A stretch of 64,000 nucleotides of DNA from an uncultured Chloroflexia bacterium (GCA_963700285.1 CAVOXA010000001.1:512001-576000); one strand, 5' to 3'; shown: positions 10,145 through 22,150, numbered from the stretch's first letter. Numbers and translations: made by a program. The notes: generated by a model not told the origin, from the letters alone.

Positions 10145-10699
10145 GTGCGGGCCATCAAACGCTATCCCAACCGAAAACTCTATGATACTGCGGCCAAGCA
10201 CTATATCACGCTGGACGGAATCGCTCTGCTTATTCGCGAAGGGCAGGAGGTCAGGGTTGTGGATCATGCCACAGGCGAAGATTTGACTGCGCTGACGCTC
10301 ACGCAGGTCATCTTTGAGCAGGAGAGGAAGCGGAGTGGTTTCCTGCCCCAGTCGGTGTTGACCGGTTTGATCCAGGCTGGGGGCGAGACCGTGGGCACGC
10401 TGCGGCGTACACTCGCCGCCCCGCTGGATATGGCGCGGCAGGTGGACGAAGAGATCGAACGACGGCTCCAGACGCTCATCGGTCGCGGGGAGCTGGCTGC
10501 CGAAGAAGGGCGGCGCCTGCGCGACCAACTCATGGCCCGTAGTCAGGTGCAGCCTTTGAGGCTGGCCCTCAGCGAAGAGGACCTGAAGGAGGCTCTGGTT
10601 AGGCGCAAGGTTCCGACCCGAGAGGATCTGCAAAGAGTTCTCGAGCAGTTGGAGACCCTGACCGCAAAACTGGAGAGTGTTTTCCCTCAGCCGGAGTAG
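10145..10699 (+). CDS. phaR: PHA synthesis regulator PhaR-family protein
   Basis: [12 protein letters not shown]...YITLD...TGEDLT signature; adjacent to phasins. Confidence 0.85.
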   Translation: MRAIKRYPNRKLYDTAAKHYITLDGIALLIREGQEVRVVDHATGEDLTALTLTQVIFEQERKRSGFLPQSVLTGLIQAGGETVGTLRRTLAAPLDMARQVDEEIERRLQTLIGRGELAAEEGRRLRDQLMARSQVQPLRLALSEEDLKEALVRRKVPTREDLQRVLEQLETLTAKLESVFPQPE

Positions 10700-10724
10700 A
10701 TGAGCCTGCTCTCCAGTACTCCTG

Positions 10725-11237
10725 CTAGTCTTGATCCTCAGAGTCAGGATGCCGGTCGGCTCCCTTTCTGCCCTGCAAAAGATCGATGGCGTGCGGCAGA
10801 GCGGGCAGGATCGCCTCCAAATTCTCGCGTACAGCTTTGGGGCTTCCCGGCAGGTTCACGATGAGCGTCCGGCCACGTATGCCGGCCACCGCTCGCGAGA
10901 GCATGGCGTGAGGCGTGATCTGCAGGCTCGCCGCACGCATAGCCTCGGCCAGGCCAGGGGCTTCCCGCTGTATCACATCCCGTGTGGCCTCGGGCGTGAC
11001 ATCGCGGGGAGCAAAGCCGGTACCACCGGTGGTCAGTACCAGATCCAACTTCACCTCATCCGCCCAAGTCTTTAGCGTTCCAGCGATTGTGAGTTGCTCG
11101 TCAGGTACGATAGATTCTATCTCCACCGTGGCCGCCAATTCCTCTGTAATCAGTCTGTGGATGGCTGGACCACTCAGGTCCCTGTACGCTCCATGGTAGC
11201 CGCGGTCGCTGATCGTCAGGATGCCGGTTCTGATCAA
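10725..11237 (-). CDS. mogA: Molybdopterin adenylyltransferase (MogA/MoaB family)
   Basis: [27 protein letters not shown] and NLPGSPKA motifs; TTG start with GGAGAGG RBS. Confidence 0.9.
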   Translation of the reverse strand: MIRTGILTISDRGYHGAYRDLSGPAIHRLITEELAATVEIESIVPDEQLTIAGTLKTWADEVKLDLVLTTGGTGFAPRDVTPEATRDVIQREAPGLAEAMRAASLQITPHAMLSRAVAGIRGRTLIVNLPGSPKAVRENLEAILPALPHAIDLLQGRKGADRHPDSEDQD

Positions 11238-11490
11238 TCTTCCTCTCCTTTCTCTCTGGCCGCAGCAACTGCCACTAGTATGTGCGCGAGAATGAGTGCA
11301 TCTTTGGCAAATAGGTAGAAGCCGGCAGCCAGCGAACACCAGCACAGGAGAACCTTGCCGTCTCCCTGTCTTTGCTGGCAGCAACAGGCAGGGAGAATCC
11401 TTGGCTCTCCTGTGGACAAGGCGGCCAGGTGCTTGGTTCGTGTTCCAAGGCTCAGGGGCGCGAACCAGCAGACCGGACTCGGGCGAGGAA

Positions 11491-13233
11491 CTACGAGTTA
11501 TTGTCCTGGGTGTCTGACTCCTCCTCCAGGAACAGGCGCCACGAGCCATCTATGCCATCTTCGGTCACGCCATAGTAAACGTGGATCTGGCCATCAGGCA
11601 TTCGCTGGACCAGATCGTACCGCACCTTGCCCGCCCGTTTTGAGGATTTCCACAGCCCCAGACGCTCGTCCTCAGCATGCCATTGGACCTCGTCCTCTTG
11701 GACTGGTTTGGTTTCCTGCTCGGTGATGGCGTAGCGCCAGAGCTTGCGAGCCGAAGAACGGGTGACGTTGCGTACGACGCTGCCGTTGCGAAGGTCTTTC
11801 ATTGTATGATAGAGGGCACCCCGGCGTTCGGTGCTTTCTACAATCTGTACCCCGGTTCCCGGTGGCTCCACGGCCCCAGGTGGTGTGTCCGTCTCTACCA
11901 TAGCCTGTGCTGCGTCGGGGCAAGGTTCTGGTTCAGCTACCAGCGTGCGTTTGACCAGAGCCACGATCTCGTCGCGCATAGCGACACTGGTCTGTGCCTC
12001 TTGCCGCACATAGATGCTGGTGCCGTCGATGGTGTATGGCACGTCTTCGCCTAGAGGTACGCTGAGTTGGAGTACCATCCGGCCAAGGGTCTCGACCGTC
12101 GTGATCTCGACTTCCAGGGGAGGCGCAATCTTGCGCTGGAATTCACCCTTTAGTGTAGCGCTGGCCTCATCAGGCTTGGCTACGCCGACCGGCAGTCCCT
12201 TGGGATCGGCTTTGACGCCCACATAGACCGTACCCCCATTGGTGTTGGCCATGGCGACGACGTCGCGCAGGATGGCATGCAGCCGTCCGCCCTGCTTGGC
12301 CATGCTTTCGTGGAACGCCTGCACGATGCTGGGGCCCTCTTCGCGGGCCGCTTGGACATGGTCAAAGGGGGCTTTTGTCGGGCGATAGGGACGCGTTCGG
12401 GAGAAATCCTCGCTCACAAACACGGCCTTGATGGCCTCAAAGCTCGGCTCGGGCAGCAAGATCTCTGTCACGCGGTCGCCCCATCCCAGGCGTTTGGGGT
12501 CGCTGGGGTGTTGGGTCAGGCGGTGGGCGTCGGAGCCCTGGATGCAGTGCATCCGACGGGGATATTCGGGCTTTCGCCCGCTAAAGAACCAGGCGGTCGT
12601 CCGCTGCCCCTTCTTCTCAAGATCGGTGACCTCCAGGGCGTGAAGGTGCCGGTCCTGGGTAAATGCGATTCGCGTCTGCCCGCCAAAATCGAGCCCTCGC
12701 ATGGCCACGCCGTGGGTAGAGTTGGCGTGGGCGGCGATGACCAGGCCCCCGGCTTCATCGATCACCCGATAGGCGGTCAGGACGTCGGTGGTTGCTCCCA
12801 CCTCGGTCGCGCCCTCATCCAGTTTGTCATCCGAGACGTTCAACTCAATGAGCAGATGCTCCAGACTGCGGACGCTGGTCTCCTGGGGGAAGATCGCCAG
12901 TATGTGAAATCCCATGGTCGCCGTGAACTCAAAGCCGGGTAATACCAGAATCTTGTTCCCAATGCGCCGGAATTCAGCCAGTCGGCGTTTCTCTTCCGGG
13001 TCGATGCGTCCCAATCGCTCGAGGAGTTGAAGCTGTTCAATTTCCTCCTGGAGGGCAGCACACCCGGCAACGGTGTTATGGTCAGTAATGGCCAGTATAT
13101 CTAGCCCTCGCATCTCCGCCTGGTGCAACAGATCCAAATATCTGACACCCGGCTCGTGCCAGTCGGCTGAAGCAGGCGTGTGGAGATGCACATCCATCTT
13201 GTACCACTGCATCTGTATCTTCTTTTTTGCCAC
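11491..13233 (-). CDS. PHP-domain phosphoesterase fused to an AlbA_2/Schlafen-like domain
   Basis: [17 protein letters not shown] and GSDAH PHP motifs; [15 protein letters not shown] AlbA_2 motif. Confidence 0.8.
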   Translation of the reverse strand: MAKKKIQMQWYKMDVHLHTPASADWHEPGVRYLDLLHQAEMRGLDILAITDHNTVAGCAALQEEIEQLQLLERLGRIDPEEKRRLAEFRRIGNKILVLPGFEFTATMGFHILAIFPQETSVRSLEHLLIELNVSDDKLDEGATEVGATTDVLTAYRVIDEAGGLVIAAHANSTHGVAMRGLDFGGQTRIAFTQDRHLHALEVTDLEKKGQRTTAWFFSGRKPEYPRRMHCIQGSDAHRLTQHPSDPKRLGWGDRVTEILLPEPSFEAIKAVFVSEDFSRTRPYRPTKAPFDHVQAAREEGPSIVQAFHESMAKQGGRLHAILRDVVAMANTNGGTVYVGVKADPKGLPVGVAKPDEASATLKGEFQRKIAPPLEVEITTVETLGRMVLQLSVPLGEDVPYTIDGTSIYVRQEAQTSVAMRDEIVALVKRTLVAEPEPCPDAAQAMVETDTPPGAVEPPGTGVQIVESTERRGALYHTMKDLRNGSVVRNVTRSSARKLWRYAITEQETKPVQEDEVQWHAEDERLGLWKSSKRAGKVRYDLVQRMPDGQIHVYYGVTEDGIDGSWRLFLEEESDTQDNNS

Positions 13234-13274
13234 TGTAACTCCTCAATGATAGTCAATTGCCCAATAGCCTGTGC

Positions 13275-15840
13275 TCAATCTTCCGTGATGATCACCTCCT
13301 CAATCTCAAGATCGGTGTCTTCCGATTCCACTACATCTGGTGCCACTGGCTCAACTGGGGCCGCTCCCTCGCGCAGGGCAGCTGCAAAAACGTCGTCCAC
13401 CCATTCGGCAAAGACAAAGTTCATCTTGTTGCGGATCTCTTCTGGGATATCCTCTAGGTCAGGCTCGTTGCGCTGAGGCAGGATGACCGTGTCGATGCCT
13501 ACCCGGCTGGCGCCCAGGACCTTCTGCTTGATGCCACCCACGGGTAGCACCTGGCCGCGAAGGGTGATCTCGCCCGTCATAGCCACATCCGCTCGGACGC
13601 TGCGTTCTGTCAACAACGAAACGATGGCCGTGGCCATCGTCACGCCGGCCGACGGCCCGTCTTTGGGCACCGCACCAGCTGGCACGTGGATGTGTAGATC
13701 GCTCTTGGCAATAACCTGCTCATTAATGCCCAGCTCGCTGGCCTTGGAGCGCACATAGCTGACCGCGGCCTGGGCCGACTCTTTCATCACATCGCCAAGT
13801 TTCCCGGTCAGGATCAGCTGCTTGTTGCCTGGCATGCGGGTCGCCTCGATGAAGGTGATATCACCGCCCGTCGGCGTCCAGACCAGACCGGTTGCTACGC
13901 CTGGTACCTCGGTCCGCTCGGCTGGTTCAAAGTAGATGCGCGGTTTGCCCAGATAGGTACTCAGGCCATCTGCCTCGACATGCACCGAGGCACTTTCCTC
14001 TTCGGCTACTTTTGTGGCGACCTTGCGACACACGGTACCGATCTGTCGTTCCAGATTGCGCACGCCAGCTTCCCGGGTATAGTCGCGGACAATGTTGCGC
14101 ATGGCTTCGTCAGTGAATGTGATCTCGTCGGTACGCAGTGAGTTCTCCCGGATCTGGCGGGGGAGCAGGTATTGCTGGGCGATGCGTATCTTTTCGTCCG
14201 TCGGTATAGCCATCCAGCTCCAGGATCTCCATCCGATCACGAAGCGGCGCCGGAATGGTCGATAGCATGTTGGCCGTAGTGACAAACATCACCTGGCTCA
14301 GGTCAAAGGGTACGTCCAGGTAGTGGTCGCGGAAATCACGGTTCTGCTCGGGATCCAGTACCTCCAACAGGGCTGACGAGGGATCGCCCCGCCAGTCAGA
14401 GCCTACCTTGTCGATCTCGTCGAGCATAAAGACCGGGTTCTTGGTGCCCACTCGCTTCAAGCCCTGGATGATCCGCCCTGGCATAGCGCCAATATAGGTC
14501 CGGCGGTGCCCCCGGATCTCGGCCTCGTCGCGCATGCCACCTAGGCTCATACGGATGAACTTGCGGCCCATGGCCCGGGCAATGGAGCGGCCCAGGCTGG
14601 TCTTGCCTGTGCCTGGTGGACCGACGAAGCACAGGATTACGCCCTCCCGTTCCTCGCGAATATGGTCCTGCAGTTCGTCCTGCCCCCGCTCCTCCCGTCG
14701 ATCCAGCTTGAGCTTGCGTACGGCCAGGTATTCCAGGATGCGATCCTTGATATCCTCCAGGTCATAGTGGTCCTCGTCCAGCACCTGGCGAGCGTGGCTG
14801 ATGTCCAACTGATCCTCGGTGGCTACCTGCCAGGGCATATCGGTCAGCCAATCCAGATAGGTCTTGATGACCGAATACTCGGCTGCCTGGGGTGGCATCT
14901 TTTCCATACGGCCCAGCTCGCGCTGGGCCTCCTTCTCTGCCTCCTCCGGCATTCCAGACTCGGCGATCTTTTTGCGGTATTCCTCGATCTCGAGCGTCTG
15001 CTCATCCTCTTCGCCCAGTTCCTTCTGGATGGCCTTGAGTTGCTCCCGCAAGAAATAATCGCGTTGCATCTTTTCCATCTCGGACTGCGCTTCGGTCTGG
15101 ATCTTGCGCCCCAGCTCCAAGACCTCCAGCTCCTTGGTGAGAAGGGACGTCAGCTTGAGGAACTTTTCGCGGATGCTATCGATCTCTAGAATAGCCTGGG
15201 CGTTGGGGAGTTCCATCCGGACGTTGGTGGCGATAAAGTAAACCAACTGGCGGGGATCATCGAGATTGATGGCTGCCATCAGCAGTTCGTCAGGCAGTTG
15301 TGAGACAAGCGATACCAACCGGCGCAGGAGATCCGTGGTATTGCGCGTCAGTGCTTCAATCTCTAATTTGCCTTCGTCGCTGAGGTTGTCGAGTGACTCG
15401 TCAGGCCTGACTGTCACGCGCGCCTTCAAGTAGGGTACGTTGCCCGTCCACGCGTCGATGTGGATGCGCTCCACTCCCTGCACCAACAGGCGGACAGTAC
15501 CGTCGGGTGCCTTGATCATGCGATGAATCGTCGCTGCAACGCCAACCTCGTATACGTCCTCAGGTCCTGGTTCCTCCATCTCCGCATCGCGGGCGGCTAC
15601 CAGGCCGATCATCTGCTTGTTCACGGTGGCATCGTCGACCAACTGGATGGAGCGAGGTTGCCCTACATTGAGAGCCTGGAAGGTGAGTGGGTAGACCACC
15701 ACGCCGCGCAGAGGCAAGATCGCCAGTTCTTCAGGGACTGCGGTTTTCTCGTCTTCATTGGCGCCATCGAGTTCATCCGGGTTCGCTGTAGCTGTTTTAT
15801 GTTCGGGCAGGATGGCTTTGTAGTCATTTTTCTCTGTCAT
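13275..15840 (-). CDS. lon: ATP-dependent protease La, split by one frameshift near 14200 (probable sequencing error)
   Basis: [20 protein letters not shown] and PKDGPSAG motifs across two overlapping ORFs. Confidence 0.95.
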
Positions 15841-15856
15841 CTATCCGCTTCCTCCA

Positions 15857-16315
15857 CTACCAGGATTCCTCTGTCAGCTCCACGGCCTGGTTCACGACCG
15901 GTACCTGGTGTGGCTTGGCCTTGGGCAGGCGTACAACCAGAAAGCCCTGTTGGTAAGTGGCCTCGATGTCGTCCTCATCGATCGCCCTGAGTAAAAGCGC
16001 GTGGGTCTCAAATTGCCCATACAGGATCTCCATCTGCTGGTAGCTCAGCTTGGCGGCTGGATCACGCCGTGTGCCGCTTATGCTCAGTTTGTTGCCCTCC
16101 AGCGAGATGCTAAAATCCCCCTCGGCCATTCCGGCAATTTCGACTTTGACGATCACACAATCGTCGGTCTCGTACACATCTGTGGGTGGGCACCATGTTT
16201 GGTGCTGTCTGGTCGAGACCCAACGCTGACCAGGCATATTCTCGCGCAATACGCCCAGCATTTCTACATGTATGTGGTCCACGCTCGTACCTGCTTCCTG
16301 TTGACTTTCCCTCAT
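15857..16315 (-). CDS. Hsp20/alpha-crystallin family protein
   Basis: PPTDVYET, EIAG and ATYQQGFLVVRLPK motifs; directly upstream of lon. Confidence 0.85.
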   Translation of the reverse strand: MRESQQEAGTSVDHIHVEMLGVLRENMPGQRWVSTRQHQTWCPPTDVYETDDCVIVKVEIAGMAEGDFSISLEGNKLSISGTRRDPAAKLSYQQMEILYGQFETHALLLRAIDEDDIEATYQQGFLVVRLPKAKPHQVPVVNQAVELTEESW

Positions 16316-16515
16316 AATACTCCCTCATGCGTTTCTGGTCTGTAGGTCATCCCACCTTGCTCGAGACATGCAGCGGGGGCCTGCCACTCTATTTTACCAC
16401 AACTATTCATACTATTCAAGCCCTTGTCTACTGTGAGACGCAGCTTGGGCCAGCGACCGACCTATAGTATAATCCGACGAGGTTGGGCCAGGGTTACGGG
16501 ATAGGAGGGAACAGT

Positions 16516-18696
16516 GTGGCACAAGACAGGCTACGATTCACCAAAACCGACCTCAAAACGGAGGCTCGCGTCGATGAACTCCTGGCGCAGATGACACTGG
16601 GGGAGAAGGTGGGCCAGATGGTCCAGATCAGTGTCCGCGACATGGCCGGGGGAGAGGGCGAGGAACGCATCCGCAGGGGCCAGGCTGGATCGGTACTGAC
16701 CGTCTATGGCGCGGCTGAGACCAACCGATTGCAAAAGATCGCTGTTGAGGAATCGCGGCTGCGCATCCCCCTGATCATCGGCAACGATGTCATCCATGGT
16801 TTCCGTACCATCTTTCCCATTCCCCTGGCCGAGTCCTGTACCTGGAACCCGGGGTTAGTGCAGGCAGCCGCACGTATCGCGGCCGAGGAAGCCACCTCCC
16901 ACGGCACCCACTGGAACTTTGCACCGATGGTCGATATCTGCCGGGACCCACGCTGGGGCCGCATCGCTGAAGGAGCTGGGGAGGATCCATTGCTAGGGGG
17001 AACAATGGCCCGCGCCCGGGTGCTCGGCTTCCAGGCAGACGATCTGGCCAGCGGCCGCAGAATGGTCGCCTGTCCCAAGCACTATGTGGGCTATGGCGCA
17101 GCCGAGGCAGGCAAGGACTATAACACGGTCGACATCTCGGAGCGAGTGCTTCGGGACGTGCACCTGCCCCCTTTTAGGGCTGCCTTTGAGGCGGGCGCAG
17201 GCACTGTCATGTCGGCCTTTAACGAGATTGCCGGGGTTCCAGCCTCGGCCAACCCCTTCACGCTGGATACTGTCCTGCGAAAGGAGTTGGGTTTTGGCGG
17301 CGTGGTACTGAGCGACTGGAACGCCATCGGCGAACTGATCCCCCATGGCTTTGCCGCTGACTTGAAAGAGGCGGCGATGCTGAGCGTTTTGGCCGGTGTG
17401 GACATGGATATGGTAGCCGATGCCTACCACAACCACCTGGCAGAACTGGTGACTGAGGGCATGGTGCCGCTTGCCGTGGTCGACGCGGCCGTCCGCCGGG
17501 TGCTCCGCCTGAAAATCGCGCTGGGCCTGTTTGAGCAGCCCTACGTTGACGAGTCTCTTGCCATGCGGGCTGTGCTGCAGCCCGCATACCGGGCCAAGGC
17601 CCTTGAGGTGGCCCAAAAATCGATGGTCTTGCTCAAGAACGATGGCGGCCTCCTGCCGTTGAGCCCTGACCTGGGGCATGTGGCCCTGATCGGCCCCCTC
17701 GCCGGCGACCACCACGAGATCCTTGGTTGCTGGTACCGCTTCGGGCGCGATGAGGATGCCGAGAGCGTATTGGATGGCATGCGGGCAGTCCTACCGCCGT
17801 CTACAGAGATCAGCCATGTACCCGGCTGTGACCTGGCGGGAGCGGAGGAGCCCGATTTGGAGGCGGCCGTAACTGCTGCTCTGGCTGCCGATGTGGCGGT
17901 TCTCGTGCTAGGTGAGGGTGAGTACATGAGCGGCGAGGCACACTCGCGGGCTCATCTCGGCTTGCCGGGGCACCAGCAAATGCTGCTGGAAGCAGTATAT
18001 GCTACCGGCACGCCTGTAGTGGTTGTACTGATGAGCGGTCGCCCCCTGGCCATCCCGTGGCTGGCCGAGAACGTCCCCGCCATCCTCCAGGCATGGCACG
18101 GCGGCATCCGGGCGGGACGGGCTGTTGCTGATGTCCTGGTGGGGAGCGTCAACCCCAGCGGCAAGCTCACGGCCACCTGGCCGCGTGCTGAGGGACAGAT
18201 CCCCATCTACTATGCCCACAAGAATACGGGCCGGCCGGACAGTGGGGAGGGAACGGTGCAGCATGACCGGCCGCACCGGTCGAACTATATCGACGAGACA
18301 AACGCGCCCCAGTATCCCTTTGGCTACGGCCTGAGCTATACTTCATTTGAGTACAGCGACCTGACCGTCGAAATGCGACAGGTGGGCCTAGAAGGCACTC
18401 TGGTTGTTAGTGCCATGATTGCCAACGCGGGCCAGCGTCCGGGGGACGAGATCGTGCAACTTTACGTACGGGATCTCGTGGCCAGCGTCACCCGGCCCGT
18501 GAAAGAACTCAAAGCCTTCCAGCGCATCTCACTGGAGCCAGGCGAGAACAGGATGGTACGATTTGAGGTGCCTGTACAACAATTGGGCTTCCATGGACTC
18601 AAGATGAACTATGTGGCTGAACCGGGCGACTTTCAGGTTTGGGTTGGCCCCAACTCCGCTGAGGGCTTGAAGAGTTCGTTTAAGGTGCTTGGCTAG
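16516..18696 (+). CDS. bglX: GH3 beta-glucosidase (BglX-like)
   Basis: RDPRWGR, KHY, VLSDW nucleophile region, YPFGYGLSYT and Fn3-like tail. Confidence 0.9.
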   Translation: MAQDRLRFTKTDLKTEARVDELLAQMTLGEKVGQMVQISVRDMAGGEGEERIRRGQAGSVLTVYGAAETNRLQKIAVEESRLRIPLIIGNDVIHGFRTIFPIPLAESCTWNPGLVQAAARIAAEEATSHGTHWNFAPMVDICRDPRWGRIAEGAGEDPLLGGTMARARVLGFQADDLASGRRMVACPKHYVGYGAAEAGKDYNTVDISERVLRDVHLPPFRAAFEAGAGTVMSAFNEIAGVPASANPFTLDTVLRKELGFGGVVLSDWNAIGELIPHGFAADLKEAAMLSVLAGVDMDMVADAYHNHLAELVTEGMVPLAVVDAAVRRVLRLKIALGLFEQPYVDESLAMRAVLQPAYRAKALEVAQKSMVLLKNDGGLLPLSPDLGHVALIGPLAGDHHEILGCWYRFGRDEDAESVLDGMRAVLPPSTEISHVPGCDLAGAEEPDLEAAVTAALAADVAVLVLGEGEYMSGEAHSRAHLGLPGHQQMLLEAVYATGTPVVVVLMSGRPLAIPWLAENVPAILQAWHGGIRAGRAVADVLVGSVNPSGKLTATWPRAEGQIPIYYAHKNTGRPDSGEGTVQHDRPHRSNYIDETNAPQYPFGYGLSYTSFEYSDLTVEMRQVGLEGTLVVSAMIANAGQRPGDEIVQLYVRDLVASVTRPVKELKAFQRISLEPGENRMVRFEVPVQQLGFHGLKMNYVAEPGDFQVWVGPNSAEGLKSSFKVLG

Positions 18697-18779
18697 AGCC
18701 TTTGAATAATTGGTCACCGGATCCGGCATCGGCGCTTGAAGGATCTCACCAGGTCAATTTCGACGACGCTGGCTTGATC

Positions 18780-19145
18780 CTGTGCCTGGAGTGGAGTACC
18801 GGCTGTCCCTCAGCTTTGAGTTGGGCGGCTTTGACCAACGGAGATGGCGTGGGCCTGCTGGGCGTGGGGATGCCCTGGCTGAACGTCAGCGCCTACCCCT
18901 ACACAGCGTTGGACCTGGCACGGGCGCGGCATGTCCACGAACCCAAGCCACCAGAGAATCTCACGCTCAATCTGGACCTGGCCCAGTCCGGCCTGGAGAG
19001 CGAAAGCTGCGGCCCTGGCGTGCTGCCCCAGTACCGGCTGGAGGCGCACGACTATCGCTACCTACTGTGTTTGAGGCCCCTGCCAGGGCTTGAGGACACA
19101 CCGCAGGTGCTCAGCAGGCAGGTTCTGTCGCGACTGAACGAATGA
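18780..19145 (+). pseudogene. C-terminal remnant of a GH2 beta-galactosidase (domain 5)
   Basis: WAALTN..G.GL...LNLDLAQSGL.SESCGP.VLPQYRL resembles the LacZ/EbgA C-terminus; no upstream catalytic domains. Confidence 0.7.
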
Positions 19146-19193
19146 GGAATCTCCGGACACAAACCGGCGCCACTTTGGCGCTGGTCCTGTTAC

Positions 19194-20168
19194 CTACCCC
19201 CACAAGCCCTTTAAGAACCTCACCTTTTCCACCGTCTGGTAGTTGCCTCCACCCTCATGGTCGTTGTAGCGGTAGATGCGGATCTCCTTGGGGCCGGCAA
19301 AGTGGTTGTAGGCTGCAAATACCGTCGAAGGCGGGCAGATCATGTCCATGAGCGCTACGGAAAAGAGCGCCTTGGCCTTCGAACGGGCGGCAAAATTCAC
19401 ACCGTCAAAGTAAGACAGCGTCTTAAAAACCGTATCGACCTTGTCCCTGTAGGCCTTGCAGAAGCGGACGATCTCGCTATAGGGCGCTTCATCGGTGATA
19501 TCAGTCGCCCGCCGGTAATGGCACAGGAAAGGTACGTCGGGCATTACGACGGGTACACTGGGCTCGAGGCCACCAGCAGCCAACGTGATGCCGCCCCCCT
19601 GGCTGCCACCGGTCAAGGCAATGCGCTCGGCGTCTACTGCGGGATGCGCTCGGGCCGCCTCCACGGCGCGTACCGCGTCACTGAAAAGACGCCGGTAATA
19701 ATAAGTTGCCGGATCCAGGACTCCCCTGGTCATGAAGCCAGGATACTGGAGGCCGGAGTCCGGTGGTTCAAGGTCGGGTGTGTCACCCGTACGGATATGG
19801 CTGTAGCCCTGCCCCCGAGTGTCCATCACCAGGTGGGCGTAACCAGCACTGCTCCACACCAGCCAGTCGGTGGGAAAGGCTCGACCACCGCTGTAGCCGA
19901 TGTACTCTACAACGCAGGGCAGCGGTTCCTGGCGTTGCCGGGGCAGCAACAGCCAGCCCTTGATAGGCAAGCCGCTGTAGCCATTAAAGGTCACGTCAAA
20001 GGTTTCCACGGTGACCAGCCCATAGTCCACCGGCTCGAAGCGTGGTTCCAGGGGGAAGGTACGCGTCTCTGCCAGCGTCTGCACCCAGAATGCGTCAAAG
20101 TCGACTGGCTCTTCCCTGGCCGGCAGATAGGTTCTCAGTTCCTCCAATGGCATGTCGAACAGCATCAT
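19194..20168 (-). CDS. Acetylxylan esterase / cephalosporin-C deacetylase (CE7)
   Basis: [20 protein letters not shown] and HE motifs. Confidence 0.93.
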   Translation of the reverse strand: MMLFDMPLEELRTYLPAREEPVDFDAFWVQTLAETRTFPLEPRFEPVDYGLVTVETFDVTFNGYSGLPIKGWLLLPRQRQEPLPCVVEYIGYSGGRAFPTDWLVWSSAGYAHLVMDTRGQGYSHIRTGDTPDLEPPDSGLQYPGFMTRGVLDPATYYYRRLFSDAVRAVEAARAHPAVDAERIALTGGSQGGGITLAAGGLEPSVPVVMPDVPFLCHYRRATDITDEAPYSEIVRFCKAYRDKVDTVFKTLSYFDGVNFAARSKAKALFSVALMDMICPPSTVFAAYNHFAGPKEIRIYRYNDHEGGGNYQTVEKVRFLKGLWG

Positions 20169-20327
20169 TCACTCCTTTTCTCAGCGATAGTGTCCAGACC
20201 TCGTAGATCACAGCCAGAACCTGCCTGCTTGGATGGCCTGCGGCCAAGTGCCGGTCCGGCTGGATCGAGTGCGCGCATTATACTCGAAATGCCGACAAAC
20301 AGCAAGCAGTCCAAGATGTCAAGGATA

Positions 20328-20379
20328 TGTACACACTGTTCAATAATACTTGCGTCTGTCGCATGTGGTGTGCTATAAT
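20328..20379 (+). promoter_or_regulatory. Operator plus promoter of the XRE-cupin regulator
   Basis: TGTACA-cac-TGTTCA, then 7 bp, then TTGCGT-18-TATAAT. Confidence 0.6.
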
Positions 20380-20508
20380 TGTGGCATAGATCTTTCAGCG
20401 GAATTTAGATTCCCGTCAGTGAGCGTGCCACTGGATATCTCAACAGCATGGATGTTTGCCGGCCCCAGATTGGTCATCGAACTGAACATGAGACAAGGAG
20501 CGTCCTGC

Positions 20509-21045
20509 ATGATTGGAGAAAGGATTCGTGACCGGAGACACGAACTCGGCTTGAGCCTGCGAGCCTTGGCGGATAAGGTGGACCTTACGGCCAGCTTTCT
20601 CAGCCAGATTGAGCGGTCACAAGCGGAACCATCCATCAAATCACTGCGTAGAATCGCTGATGCCTTGGGCGTATCCTTGTTCTACTTTCTTGCCGAGGAT
20701 GAGGTCGTCAGTCCTGTCGTGCGCAAAGATGAGCGAACGCGGTTGGAGCTGCCTGGCTCCAGGGTGATCTGTGAGCTGCTTACACCAAACGTCCGTCGCA
20801 AGATGGAGGTTCTCATGATCAATGCCGATCCTATCCGGGGAAATATCGCACAGCCGCTGCCTGAACCTACCGAAGAGTGCATTGTGCTATTGAAGGGTCG
20901 TCTGCACGTCAAGCTGGACGATGAGGAATACGAGCTAGAGCCAGGTGATAGTGTCTATTTCGAGGGACCCAGGCTGCGGTCTCTCTCAGCAGGAGGCGAC
21001 GAGGAAGCTCTCTTTTTCTCAGCAATGACGCCCGCTGTATTTTGA
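20509..21045 (+). CDS. XRE-family HTH plus cupin transcriptional regulator (PuuR-like)
   Basis: IGERIR...LSLRALA...FLSQIER..PSI HTH; EECIVLLKG and LEPGDSVYF cupin. Confidence 0.9.
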   Translation: MIGERIRDRRHELGLSLRALADKVDLTASFLSQIERSQAEPSIKSLRRIADALGVSLFYFLAEDEVVSPVVRKDERTRLELPGSRVICELLTPNVRRKMEVLMINADPIRGNIAQPLPEPTEECIVLLKGRLHVKLDDEEYELEPGDSVYFEGPRLRSLSAGGDEEALFFSAMTPAVF

Positions 21046-21202
21046 TTTTCCTTTCAGAAGGACCTGCCAGTCACTGGACGGTCGGCGTTTCCTACGCCCA
21101 CAAGGCCAGAGTCGCCGAGTGTTTGCGGGCTGTGAGCCCGAGTCCCTCTATCCCTGGTTCTTCTGTAGCCCGATTTCCTGTGGATGTGGGGAGGTATGAA
21201 AA

Positions 21203-22150
21203 GTGTCTATCCGGCTGCTATACATAAGCACACCTGAGTTCGGAGTTCCTGCGTTGTGGTTGCTGGCACAGGACAAGCGATTTGAAGTGGTCGGCGTTGT
21301 GACCCGGCCCGATAGGCCGGCGGGCCGGGGCCTCAAGGTCACGCCCCCGCCGGTCAAGTCGGCAGCGCTGGAGCTTGGACTCCGGGCGCTCCAGCCCCCA
21401 AGCCTTCGCACTCCCGAGGCTCAGGCTGCCATCCGCGCCCTTGAGCCTGATGTGGGTGCGGTAGCAGCCTACGGGCAGTGGATCCCCGCAGAGGTTTTTG
21501 ACCTCCCGCCAAAACGCTGTCTCAACCTGCATCCTTCGCTCCTGCCGCGGCACCGCGGCGCGGCTCCGGTTCCCAGTACCATTCTGGCCGGCGACAGTGA
21601 AGTGGGCCTATCCGTGCTCTTTGTCGAAGACGAGATGGACGCTGGTGATCTCTTGGCCCAACTTGCTATGCCCATTGGCCGGAATGATACTGCCGGCTCT
21701 CTCATGGCCAAACTGGCCGAGATTGGCGCCCCCTTCTTTGTGGATACGCTGGCCGCCTGGGTCGCTGGCGAAATTACGCCGCAGCCCCAGGACCACGCCC
21801 AGTCCACATGGATCGACCGCATGGTCAAAGATGCGGGGTACATGGACTGGTCCCTGCCGGCAGATCAACTCGCCCGCTGCAGCCGGGCCTTCTCTCCATG
21901 GCCCGGGACCTATACTTTCTTTGAGGGTAAACGTTTGCTGGTACGCTGTGCGTGGGCTCTCCCAGACTCGCTTGGGGCAGTTTCCGGCAATCAGCCCGGG
22001 ACCGTCGTGCGGTCCGGGGCCGAGGTTGCCGTGGTTACCGGCAATGGCTTGCTCTGTCTCGACAGGGTACAACTGGAGAGCCGGCGGCCGCTGGATATTC
22101 GCGACTTTGTGCGAGGCCAACGGAGGTTCATCGGTGCGACGCTGGGCTAA
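21203..22150 (+). CDS. fmt: Methionyl-tRNA formyltransferase
   Basis: TPEF, VVTRPDRPAGRG, NLHPSLLPRHRGAAP, MDAG and PWPG motifs. Confidence 0.92.
   Translation: MSIRLLYISTPEFGVPALWLLAQDKRFEVVGVVTRPDRPAGRGLKVTPPPVKSAALELGLRALQPPSLRTPEAQAAIRALEPDVGAVAAYGQWIPAEVFDLPPKRCLNLHPSLLPRHRGAAPVPSTILAGDSEVGLSVLFVEDEMDAGDLLAQLAMPIGRNDTAGSLMAKLAEIGAPFFVDTLAAWVAGEITPQPQDHAQSTWIDRMVKDAGYMDWSLPADQLARCSRAFSPWPGTYTFFEGKRLLVRCAWALPDSLGAVSGNQPGTVVRSGAEVAVVTGNGLLCLDRVQLESRRPLDIRDFVRGQRRFIGATLG

Noticed and set aside
16341-16355. Exact 15-mer TGTAGGTCATCCCAC repeated at 30898-30912
   Set aside because: About one or two such matches are expected by chance in 64 kb and the two contexts are unrelated.
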